A stretch of DNA of 64,000 nucleotides, from positions 50,592,001-50,656,000 of the forward strand of contig OX597821.1 in the NCBI GenBank assembly GCA_951406725.2, in the 5' to 3' direction. This stretch comes from Octopus vulgaris (Eukaryota). Numbering within the stretch: position 1 is the stretch's first letter; every line of letters starts with the position of its first letter. Below, one piece after another: positions 29,230 through 41,899 of this stretch. The notes under the pieces were generated by a model. That model was not told where the DNA came from and did no database searches. It saw only the letters and a program-made list of their open reading frames with translations. The position numbers and the translations under genes are program-made.

Positions 29230-29705
29230 CAGTTATCGCCAAGCTAATATAGCAGTCCATAAATATAAGACTAAAGCTGCCGTTGATTAGCTCCAAGAGG
29301 CCATCGCCTCTAGCTAATATGTCACACGAACCTGTATCCTTCGAACAGGGGAGGTCAGCCGCTTCCCCTTGCTGGTCAGATATCTGCAGACATGTTTCAG
29401 GATATTTGTCCTTGCAGAGTAACCAGACCCACCAGGCGTCGCTGCCGACCGTCTGATCGAAGGATTATTTACAATTTCAATGGAATACATCCATTGGTTT
29501 TCAAAAATTGAAATATTAAAATTTCTAAGTCTCTCTAAAGGAGACTACAGCAGCGGTATGACACACAGGTTCGTGTGTCATATAGTTAGCTAGAGGTGAT
29601 GGCCTTTTGGAGCTAATCAACGGCAGCTTTAGTCTTATATTTACGGACTGCCATATTAGCTTGCGATAATTGTTAATTTCCAGTACCGCTGCCGTAGTCT
29701 CCTTT
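29228..29705 (-). mobile_element. Retrozyme-like element (same family as 59579-60081) with inverted partial copy; HHR core deleted
   Basis: Reverse of 29228-29558 aligns by eye with ~59725-60080; 29565-29674 is an inverted repeat of 29228-29335. Confidence 0.7.
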
Positions 29706-29821
29706 ATATATATTTTAATATATATATATATATAACATACACTACTTTATTTTGAGATTGCTAGTGTTAACAATACTCGCAAATAAAATACAGACTGGAG
29801 TTGTAGTGCTCTAAGTGAGTT

Positions 29822-30756
29822 ATATTCCACTTATTAATTTCAATAGATGCAATGCAAGCGGAAACTAGAGGAACATCATTAAAAAACAATACTCGAAAAT
29901 GAAATACATACATACATTCTTCCAGATTCACAAAACGGATATATAAATTCCAAATATATAAATATATAAATATTTATAAATAGATAAATATCGATGTGAT
30001 ACATAAAACAGTGAATTTACATTGGTGTAATTAACAATTTGGGAAGATAAAACATTAATAGGACGTACTAAAATCCCACGAAAATAATACAAAAATTAAA
30101 AAATTTAAAGTTCCATCTATGGACCTTTTCAGAGACGTGCCAAGTAATATGATATATTTCATATTTTGAAAACTGACACTCCCTCAACAGGATGTTTTCA
30201 CACACAATATAGAGAAAACAAATACAGAAATACTATTATGCAATTACATACCAGCCACCTGTGAGCTGGTATGTTATTGTGAGTTTTAAAAATATGAAAT
30301 ATATTATATTACTTGGCACGCCTCTGAAACGGCCCATAGATGAAACTTTAAAGTTTCTAATAGTTTCTAGGCCGATGAAGGACAATGATCCTGAAACACG
30401 GTGTCCCTAGATGCAGTTCCGGCGGTTGGGGGTGTTTGTCTCCCCTTCGTATACAACCATTCAATAGTTATATTATTTTCGTGGAATTTTAGTACATCCT
30501 TTTAATGTTTTATAATCCCAAATTGTTAATTACACTAATATATTATGACTTTTAAATGTAAATTTACTGTGTTTTATGTATCACATCGATATTTATCTAT
30601 TTATATATATTTTTATATTTATATATTTGGAATTTATATATCCGTTTTGTAAATATAGAAGAATGTATGTTATGTATTTGATTTTCGAATGTTTTTTAAT
30701 GATGTTCCTCTAGTTTCCGCTTGCATTGCCACCATTGAAATTAATAAGTGGTATAT
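29822..30756. mobile_element. Foldback/MITE element with ~355-bp inverted arms
   Basis: ccacttattaatttcaat...gaaaactgacac (29827-30178) is the reverse complement of ~30277-30751 apart from an insert. Confidence 0.8.
30366..30411 (+). ncRNA. Type I hammerhead ribozyme (core U4C) at the 5' end of a 97-nt TSD-flanked insert
   Basis: tctagg CCGATGA agga-caatga-tcct GAAA cac-g-gtg TC cctaga. Confidence 0.75.
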
Positions 30757-30842
30757 ATATTAATGCAGACACACCCATATATACATACATACATATATGA
30801 TATATACATATGTATATATACGTACACATATATATACATATA

Positions 30843-30883
<41 letters not shown>

Positions 30884-30979
30884 GGGCGTGCGTGTATGTG
30901 TATGTGTGTGTATATATGTAGGTATAAATATGTATGTGTATATACATTCATACATAAATATATATATATATTTATGTAT

Positions 30980-31455
<476 letters not shown>

Positions 31456-31587
31456 TGAACACACACACACAACACACACACACACATATATATATACATA
31501 TTTATACATATATTTTATACATGTATGTATGTATGTATGTATGTATGTATGTATGTATGTATGTATGTATGTATGTATGTCTGTCTG

Positions 31588-31630
<43 letters not shown>

Positions 31631-31655
31631 GTCTATCTGTCTATCTGTCTATCTG

Positions 31656-31698
<43 letters not shown>

Positions 31699-31699
<1 letters not shown>

Positions 31700-33182
31700 A
31701 AGCGAGAAGAACTGGAACGAGATAACGAGTAGGGTGGTCACTCTCGCCCGGCAATGGGCCGAGAGGAAACTGTCCCTAAAAGGTCGGGCGGAGGTGGCGA
31801 ACACGTACATCGCGTCCATCATCTACTACCGCCTGACCGTCGTACCTTGTCCCGACCCTACCATCACCAAACTAGAACGCATTCTCTTCCTCTTCTTGTG
31901 GAAAGGATGCGTCCCGATGGTCAGGCGATCCATTTGCTGTCAACATCCGTAAAAAGGAGGGCTGGGCATGCCGTGGTTGATGATGCGCAGACACGCGCTG
32001 AGACTGCGACATCTCCGGCTCTATGTAGACGACGGTGAACAGGTGTGGTCGCATTCCCGCAGGTCGTCTCCATGATCGAACTGCAGTCGTGGATCAAAAA
32101 GAGGCCGAGGAAGGGCGAATGGCACCGCGAGTGTCGCGTTGCTCTTAAGCAACTCTGCCGTCCCGGGTCGACCTTGAGTGACTTCAACACAACCAAAGCA
32201 TTCTATAGGGGATTAGTGGAGGGGAGGTACGACGACGATCTTGGGGCGAACCTGGGCGTCGACGAGGAATACCTGACCTGCCTGTTTGAAACGACTTTTG
32301 GGCCGGGACCTATGGACAACTTCCAGAGATCCCTGGCCTGGCAGTGCTACCGAGAAGCGCTACCCGTTCGGGATAAGCTCTATAGGCATGGCTCGAGAAA
32401 CACGGGGCCGACCTGCCCGAGATGTGGTCAGAGCGACGAAACCGTTCTGCACGCACTCGTGCAGTGTCCAACAATCTCCGACCTGTGGGCATATGTTGAA
32501 CGACAGCTGTCACGTGTGGGACGTGTCGGTTTATCAGCCGAGTCTATCGTTAATGTCGTCATGCCTCCTTCCTTCAAACGGGAAGGAAGAGCTATTTTTA
32601 TCAAACTTGTGGCTATGGCGAAAAAATGTATCTGGTGGACACGCCTAAAAGGATTAGAGACAAACACTTTCCTCTCTGGTCAATCTCTCATCAACTTCTT
32701 CAAGTATCACTTGAAGAGGAAAGTGAGAGTAGAGAGGCAAGTTTTATCTAGTGAATGTTTTTAAAAAAGATGGGTGAATGTAGCAAGGATGGCACGTATG
32801 AATGACGAAGCCACCTTGACTATGATCCTATGAACCGTAAAAATTAATACAGAGAGTTGCTTATTTGTAAAAAAAATAACATGTGACTTCATTGACCGAG
32901 GTTACCGTGGTCTTTTCCGTAGGCTTTTCTTTCCACGGGTAAACCTCACCTGTTCTCCCCTTTACACTTTATATTGACATTTCTGTGATAGCGATCCCTA
33001 TTGATCGATTTTTTTTCCTTTTCCTTTTATTTTCTATCCCACCCCCTTTTTTTGTCCTCTTTCTTTCCTTTTACGATCCCTTTTGATCGAAAACCAAAAC
33101 CCCTTTTTTTACTTCCCAATGAAAAGCTCTACCTTGTAATTTGTCCTGTCTGTGTGCAGCCCTGTGTGGCTAATAAAGAAAC
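31699..33182 (+). mobile_element. Tx1/L1-like LINE ORF2 3' end (zf-RVT-like CCHC) plus 3' UTR, frameshifted
   Basis: LSLKGRAEVANTYIASIIYY, GGLGMP, WQCYREALPVRDKL and CPRCGQSDETVLHALVQC; ends aataaagaaac; flanked by (ATCT)n. Confidence 0.85.
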
Positions 33183-33183
33183 A

Positions 33184-33258
<75 letters not shown>

Positions 33259-33269
33259 TTATCTATCTA

Positions 33270-34415
33270 CCGCTAGTGTCGCGTTGCTCTCAAGCAACTC
33301 TGCCGTCCTGGGTCAACCTTGAGTGACTCCATCACAACCAAAGCATTCTATAGGGGATTAGTGGAGAGGAGGTACGACGACGAGCTCGGGGCGAACCTGG
33401 ACGTCGACGAGGAATACCTGACCCGCCTGTTCGGGACGACTTTCGGGCCAGGGCCCATGGACAACTTCCAGAGATCTCTGGCCTGGCAGTGCTACCGAGA
33501 AGCGCTACCCGTTCGGGATAAGCTCTACAGACACGGCTCGAGAAACACGGGGCCGACCTGCCCGAGATGCGGTCAGAGCGACGAAACCGTTCTGCACGCA
33601 CTCGTGCAGTGTCCAACAATTTCCGACCTGTGGGCTTATGTCGAACAACAGCTGTCACGTGTAGGACGAGTCGGTTTATTAGCTGAGTCTATCGTCAATA
33701 TTGTCACGCCTCCTTCCTTCAAACGGGAAGGAAGAGCTATTTTCATCATCCTTGTGGCTATGGCGAAAGAATGTATCTGGTGGACGCGTCTGAAAGGATT
33801 AGAGACAAACACTTTCCTCTCTGGTCAATCATCTCATCAACTTCTTCAAGTACCACTTGAAAAGGAAAGTGAGAGTAGAGAGGCAAGTTTTGTCTAGCGA
33901 ACGTTTTAAAAAAAGATGGGTGAATGTAGCAAGGATGGCACGTATGAATGACGAAGCCACCTTGAGCATAATCCTATGAACCCAGAAATTGAAAACAGAG
34001 GGTTACCCACTTGCAAACAAATGTGGTAACATATAACAATATTGACCAAGGTTACCGTGGTCTTTTTCGTAGACTTTTCTTACCACGGATAAACCTTACT
34101 TGCTTTCCCCTTTACACCATACATCATGACACTGTGATACACGATCCCTATTGATCGTTTTTTTCCTCTCCCCTTTTTTTCCTCTTTTTTCTTCTTTTTT
34201 TCATTTTTCTTTTCTTTTTTTCCCTTTTTTCTTTTTTCTTTTCCTTTTTTCTTTTTTTCTTTTCCTTTTTTTCTTTTTTTGTTTGCTCTTTTTTCCCTTG
34301 TACGATCCCTTTTGAAGGAAAACCTACGCCACCTTTTTTTTTCTCCCCCAAAAGAAAAGCTCTACCTTGTAACTTGTCCCATCTGTGTGCAGTCCTGTGT
34401 GGCCAATAAAGAAAC
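33270..34415 (+). mobile_element. Second, more 5'-truncated copy of the same Tx1-like LINE
   Basis: ORF 33319..33897 closely matches 32045..32764; ends aataaagaaac then (TATC)n. Confidence 0.85.
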
Positions 34416-34904
34416 TTATCTATCTATCTGTCTGTCGATTGAGGAGGATTAATGGATATTTACCGTAAATACTAATATCTAGAAGTGGTCAACGCCACCA
34501 TCACTACCATGACTACGACCATCACCGTCATCAATCTGATAATCCTCCTCCTCCCCCTCCTCCTCCTCCTCATCATCATCACCGTAAAAGATTACAGTAA
34601 CATTACATCACTATAACAGTGACCCTAAACATCAAGCGAAAGTAGAAAGATGCATGTAACATCTGCAAAAACTGGAATGAAATAATCGTCACCACTACCA
34701 CCATTGTTACTACATCCATCAACACAACTACTACCACCGCCATCACCACCGCCACCACCACCGCAATTGCCGGCACCGCCGCTTTTACCGCTGTCGCCGT
34801 CGTCATTACCGTCACCACCGTCATTACCCTCAGCACCACCATTCCCGTCACCCCTTCTATTCCTGCCACTGTCTGTTAAAACCGCAATCCCCGCCACCGA
34901 CATC

Positions 34905-35525
34905 ACCTTCGCCGCCGCTGCCGCCCCCGCTGTCATTACCGCTGCTGTCGCCGCTGCCGTCGCCGCTGCCATTAACACTGCTGTCGTCTCTGCCGTCACC
35001 GCTGAAGTCGCCGCTACCGTCGCAGCTGCCGTCGCCGCTGCCGTCGCCGCTGCCGTCGCCGCTGCCGTCGCCGCTGCCGTCGCCGCTGCCGTCGCCGCTG
35101 CCGTCGCCGCTGCCGTCGCCGCTGCCGTCGCCGCTGCCGTCGCCGCTGCCGTCGCCGCTGCCGTCGCCGCTGCCGTCGCCGCTGCCGTCGCCGCTGCCGT
35201 CGCCGCTGCCGTCGCCGCTACCGTAGCAGCTGCCGTCGCCGCTGCCGTCGCCGCTGCCGTCGCCGCTGCCGTCGCCGCTGCCGTCGCCGCTGCCGTCGCC
35301 GCTGCCGTCGCCGCTGCCGTCGCCGCTGCCGTCGCCGCTGCCGTCGCCGCTACCGTAGCAGCTGCCGTCGCCGCTGCCGTCGCCGCTGCCGTCGCCGCTG
35401 CCGTCGCCGCTGCCGTCGCCGCTGCCGTCGCCGCTGCCGTCGCCGCTGCCGTCGCCGCTACCGTCGCAGCTGCCGTCGTTGCTGCCGTCGCCGCTGCCGT
35501 CGCCTCTTCTGTCGCCGCTATCAAC
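34905..35525. repeat. GC-rich 12-bp minisatellite (GCCGTCGCCGCT)n
   Basis: Direct tandem units, near-perfect 35020-35500, degenerate flanks. Confidence 0.95.
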
Positions 35526-36012
35526 GCTGTAACAGTGGCAACTTCATTAACAACACGAACAATTTTAATAGTAATGTAAATTGCTTGACATCATCATTTG
35601 CAACACACACAACTCTGTATGGACAACATATTTGGGATCGCTCGAACTGCTAGAAATAACAGCCTAGCCTACTTCAGATCTTTCGGTCACTGTCTTACCC
35701 ACGCATGCACACTCACATGCACACACATACATACACACACACACTTGCACGCGCACACACACACACACACACACACACTTACACCTAAACACAAACACAT
35801 GCACACACGTACACACACACACTCACACCTAAACACACAAACAGATGCACACACGTACATACACACACACACTCACACCTAAACACACAAACACATGCAC
35901 ACACGTACATACACACACATACACACACACACTCACACCTAAATACACAAACACATGCCCACACGTACATACACACACACTCACCTAAACACACAAACAC
36001 ACGCACACACGT

Positions 36013-36074
<62 letters not shown>

Positions 36075-36537
36075 CCACACACTGCTACAATGAAAGGGAG
36101 AGCACATCGGTTAATGCGATCCTAAATAGACTGGTAGTATAAATGGAATGGGTGTGAGCATATTTCCTGCACCATGGCTGACCAAAGGCTAAACAGCAGC
36201 AGCAGCAGCAGCAACAACAACGACAACAACAGCAACAACAGCAACAGCAGAAACACCATTCACATCAATCCCAAGCACAGAGAGCATCTAGGCAGTCATT
36301 CGATTTGTTAAAAATAGCACTCAAATCTTTCTCATATTACAATTGAGATAATGTTGCCGGGAATAAACTGTTTCAATAAAAGTAAGGACGGTCACAACCG
36401 TAACTCATTGATCATAAGTTCACTCGATCAGGGTTGACCTGGGGTTAAATAACAGCAACAATTATTATTACGACCCAGTCCTTGAAGAACGGCTTTCCCC
36501 CTCACCCCACCCAATATTGCTGCTGCAACTGTTGCGG

Positions 36538-36614
<77 letters not shown>

Positions 36615-36803
36615 ACTACTACTACTGGATAAGCGCTTTTATAGCATGGCCACCACCACCACCACCACCACCACCACCACATCACTACTACCAAACCCAC
36701 CATCACTGCCATTACCACCAACCCAGCACAACTTCCACCATTACCACCACCAGTACTACTACTACAACTACTACTGGATAAGTACTTTTATAGCATAGTC
36801 ACC

Positions 36804-36835
<32 letters not shown>

Positions 36836-37296
36836 CAACAGCACTGCTACCAATACCACCACTTAACTATCACCGCTACCGCCACTGCTACCACTTAGCT
36901 TCTATCACCACCACTTAGCTACGACCACAACCACCACCACCACCACCATCACCACCACTACCATCACCATCACCACCATCATCAACCTCTCCTCTCAACC
37001 ACCGTCATCCCATCGTCAACAACAACCATCACCTCTTCCTGCCTCTTAAATACTAACAATATATCTTTAGCCACCCCTCCTTCACCAGTCACACTCTTAT
37101 ACAGAGACATTTGTCCAACCTTATGTCCAACAATTCTCAGTTGTGTCCAAGTCTACCGGGTTGTATCCAGTTGTAAGAGAGTATTGCTTTGTCAACTTTG
37201 CCCAGTTCCCAGTTGGTAGTTAAAGGCGACCTTGAATTAACGTTGATGCTATCTCGACTGTCACACTTTATGTAACGGTAAGTGACTGTTTTATAT

Positions 37297-37398
<102 letters not shown>

Positions 37399-37504
37399 AG
37401 ATAGGGGTTGAAAATTCAACCCACCATGGGATAATAAGTATGATTTAAGTATGTTTCTCCATTCTCTAATTTTGTTATATATATATATTATATATCTATA
37501 TATC

Positions 37505-37540
<36 letters not shown>

Positions 37541-39107
37541 TGTATGTATGTATGTATGTATGTATGCGTGTGTGTGTGTGTGTGTGTGTTACCACGTTAC
37601 TTGAAACCATGAATCCACCATGAAATCACATCAAACCTCGCCCCCAAAATAACCGCAACCACTTCTTGCGCCATCACCACCAACAACACCATCACCACCA
37701 CCACCACCACTAATATCATCATCATCATCATCATCATTGGCATCATTATCATCATCACCACCAATGATCACCACAAATACCACCATCACCCTCACCATCA
37801 CTACCACCCCCACCACCAGCACCACCCTTATACTAACTTGACCATCAAAGTTCACTAACATCCTCACTGCCCTTATATCAACTGTGTCACAAATAACCAC
37901 CACCACCACCCCACCACCATCACCACCACCACCACCATCACCACTACCACCACCACCACCACCATCACCACTACCACCATCACCACCACCATCACCACCA
38001 CCACCACCACCACCACCACCACCACCACCACCACCACCACCACCACTACCACCTATCAATTTCGCTGTCATTTGCTCACATATCAATGTCGGAGCTGACG
38101 CAGATGTGTCTCAATCAGCAGCTCCGACCTAGATATGCTACCACATCCAGTCGGTGTTGCTGTTTGTTAACATATCTAGGCTTGTGCTGCTGTTGAGGGT
38201 CATGTCCATGTCGATGCTGCTGTATGCTGACACAACTAGACCGGTGCTGCAGTATGCTGACACAACTAGTCCGGTGCTGCTGTTTGTTAACATGTCTACA
38301 TCCGTGAGGCACTCCGCTCTCTGAACTCTCTTGGACCCTCGGCCTTTGCAGCAAATACTTTGACTTCATTTCCAGTTTAAGGAAAATGCAGTATTTCCTT
38401 TCTCCTCATGTAGGGGCCACCAGTTTTTCATGGACATTGTTCTCCAGCGAGCTCAGTTCCAACAGTCGTGTGGCCGCATTCATACCACGCACTAAAATCT
38501 CAGAGTCCAAGTTCTTGCTCGACTCACTTTCCATCTTGCGATTCGACTACTTCAGCACATTATTTGCCACACAGAGATTCCATTTCAAAAGGTAAAAACC
38601 AAACAAAAGCAAAACTATACACGTAACCTTGTCAATAGTTTCGTCATTCCAAGACGTAGCCAGCCTTGCACATCAATGCACCCTTGACTGCAATACTCTG
38701 TCCAAAGTGAAATGTCAATGCTGTTTACCACTTTGACTGCATTTTCTCCAACCGGGGACATGTCGTGTGAGCATTTTCGAGACAATGGTAACACTGTTTA
38801 AAGAGTTTTCAAACCTGTGGTTCGACACTTTCACTCGTTTGTTCTTTTGACCTCCTCAAAGTTTGCGGTGTTTGCCATCATGGGTTGGTTCAAATGAAGC
38901 ACACAAAACAAAAAAAAAAAGTGTTTTGCCTTCAGTCTAAGCATTCCTGCCTCTTAGGACATCGATACACACGTTTCTACTTCCTCTAATTTTGCCTTTC
39001 ACTTTCAATTCCCGCCATCAATCAGAACTGTTTTTATTGCGTTGCATCGATTTGTTTGCGTTGTGATATGTGCACGCGTATGTGTGTGTGAGTGTGTATG
39101 TGTGCGT

Positions 39108-39145
<38 letters not shown>

Positions 39146-39548
39146 GCACGCGCATGCATGCTGCTCATGCGTACTATGTGAGGCATAAGTGCAGTTATTA
39201 GGTTTATTTACACTTGTGTTTATTATATTTGTCCTCAATACGCCAATCCCATCTCTGGACAATAACACTTGTTCTATTTAAAATTGATAGACCCTCTCCA
39301 CTTACTGGCTTCTTATTGGTCACATTATCGTCCACTCCACACTCCCTCAATCCTTTCCAAGATCATTCTACTGTTCTTTTCCATCTTTATCTCTCTCTCT
39401 CTCTCTCTTGTCTTCTTCGCGTGTGCATCAGCGATATTTTGGTCTATCTTTTCTTTTGCATTCTCACTTATCTGGCATGTTTATGATTATAATACATACG
39501 TACATGTGCGTGTATGTGTATAATTTCACTCATAAGCAGACATTTAAA

Positions 39549-39586
<38 letters not shown>

Positions 39587-39801
39587 TATACTCACATATA
39601 TGTAAGTATATATATATATATATATATACATATATATACATATATATATATATACATACTATATGTACTTACAATAATAATAATACTAATAACAATAGTA
39701 ATGATAATAATAATAAAAAGTGACAATACATATATATATTTATATATATGTATATACTTACATACATACTTACACAAACACATACACATATATATATGTA
39801 A

Positions 39802-39844
<43 letters not shown>

Positions 39845-39938
39845 CTATATATACTCATGAAAGGTTCGTTTCTTCCAAGGAAATAATTAATTTGCTGTTA
39901 ATAATAAACAATTAACTTCCTATTCTCCATTTTCGTTT

Positions 39939-40200
39939 TCTTCTTCTTCTTCTTCTTCTTCTTCTTCTTCTTCTTCTTCTTCTTCTTCTTCTTCTTCTTC
40001 TTCTTCTTCTTCTTCTTCTTCTTCTTCTTCTTCTTCTTCTTCTTCTTCTTCTTCTTCTTCTTCTTCTTCTTCTTCTTCTTCTTCTTCTTCTTCTTCTTCT
40101 TCTTCTTCTTCTTCTTCTTCTTCTTCTTCTTCTTCTTCGTCTCCTTCTTCTTCTTCTTCTTCTTCTTCTTCTTCTTCTTCTTCTTCTTCTTCTTCTTCTT
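39939..40200. repeat. Long (TTC)n microsatellite
   Basis: ~260 bp with one interruption near 40139. Confidence 0.98.
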
Positions 40201-40209
40201 TTAAATATG

Positions 40210-40252
<43 letters not shown>

Positions 40253-40695
40253 ACATATATAATAAAAGCGAAAACTCATTTCTGTGTGTCAGTGTGTCAC
40301 ATTTTGAACCCCTTCTCTCACTATTCAATGATGCTTGTGTTCCTCATGCTGGGGTGAGAGTAATAGAAGGCACAGTGATGGTGAGGGCGGTGACGAAGAC
40401 AGACAGAGAAATAAAGAGAAAGAAAAAGGGAGGGAGAGGAATAGAGACAAAGAAATTTAGGGAGAGTTGATGATGTTTTATTAAAAGTAATAGTGTTGAT
40501 TGTGGCAGTAGCAGTAATAATAATAATAAGAGAGAGGGAGAGAGAGAAAGAGAGAGGGAGAGAAAGAGAGAGGGAGAGAGAGAGGGAGAGAGAAAGGGAG
40601 AGAGAGAGAGAGAGATAGAGAGAGAAAAAGAAAGTGGGTATGTTAAAGAAAAAGGGAGATGATTTATAGCTTTCTTTAACCATGTCTCTTAAATA

Positions 40696-40918
40696 TATTT
40701 CTTTACTACCCAGAAGGGGATATACACAGAGGGGGACAAACAAGGACAGACAAACGGATTAAGTCGATTACATCGACCCCAGTGCGTAACTGGTACTTAA
40801 TTTATCGACCCCGAAAGGATGAAAGGCAAAGTCGACCTCGGCGGAATTTGAACTCAGAACGTAGCGGCAGACGAAATACGGCTACGCATTTCGTCCGGTG
40901 TGCTAACGTTTCTGCCAG
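40696..40918 (-). mobile_element. SINE family D (Nin-like) with 12-bp TSD
   Basis: gtctcttaaata at 40684-40695 and 40919-40930. Confidence 0.9.
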
Positions 40919-41164
40919 GTCTCTTAAATAGAAATTCCTGTGGCCAGCATACTGAACACTGAACCAATATACTGAATACTTTTACACACACATTTAGCCT
41001 TTTGCTTTTATCATTTTTGTTTTATTATTTGCTTTCTTTAATACATACATGCATACATACATACACACATATATATATATATATGGAATAAAGTTTCCCT
41101 CAACTTAAACATATCTAATATATTAAATGTGAATGTCAGTGGGTCACGCATTTTCAACTTTAAT

Positions 41165-41382
41165 AAATCCTTTCCACTGGAAGCACAAGGCCTCAAATTT
41201 TGGGAAGGGATTAAGTCGATTACATCGACCCTAGTACGTAACTGGTACTAATTTTATCGACACCGAAAGGATGAAAAGCAAAGTCGACCTCGGCGGAATT
41301 CGAACTCAATACCTAATGGTAGATGAAATACGGCTAAGCATTTCACCCGGCGTGCTAACGATTCCGCCAGATCGCCGCCTTA
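41165..41382 (-). mobile_element. SINE family D, flanked by a ~45-bp imperfect duplication
   Basis: taaatgtgaatgtcagtg on both sides (~41124 and ~41389). Confidence 0.8.
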
Positions 41383-41899
41383 ATATGATAAATGTGAATG
41401 TCAGTGTGTCAGTTTGCTACACTCTTTCAACTTTACTCCTAGAGGCCGTAGCCCAGCATATCATACCATTTTGGAATCAGGTTGACTCCGTGAGTAAATG
41501 TAAATCATTCCAAGCCGAATCCGGACCCACAATCCTGAAATTTTGGATTCCCGAGTTATCATTACTGTGATTGTTTCCGGCGATTTTTTTATGTGACTTT
41601 TTGCAACAAATTTTTTTGTATGATAACAATTTTTATAATCTAAAGGCCAACTCTGTGAGTAAATTAAAAACATTCCGGGCTGAATCCGTACCTGCAAACC
41701 TGAAATTTTGGATTCCCAAGTTTTCATTACTGGGATTGTTTTCAGCGATTTTTTTAGATCATTTTTTTTGCGACGAATTTGATCAGCGTTGGGATATGAC
41801 TCTGGAGGAAGCAATTGCATCAAATTCAGTAATTATTATTATTTTGCAATAGTAAAAAAAAAAAACTAAATTATTTTAGATTTACCAATACGTGAATAC

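Noticed and set aside
34625-35579. 299-aa Ala/Thr and 291-aa Ala/Val ORFs resembling antifreeze-like proteins
   Set aside because: Produced by a 12-bp minisatellite; non-ATG starts, no signal peptide, low-complexity flanks
39912-40328. Poly-Arg and poly-Glu ORFs
   Set aside because: Translations of the (TTC)n microsatellite
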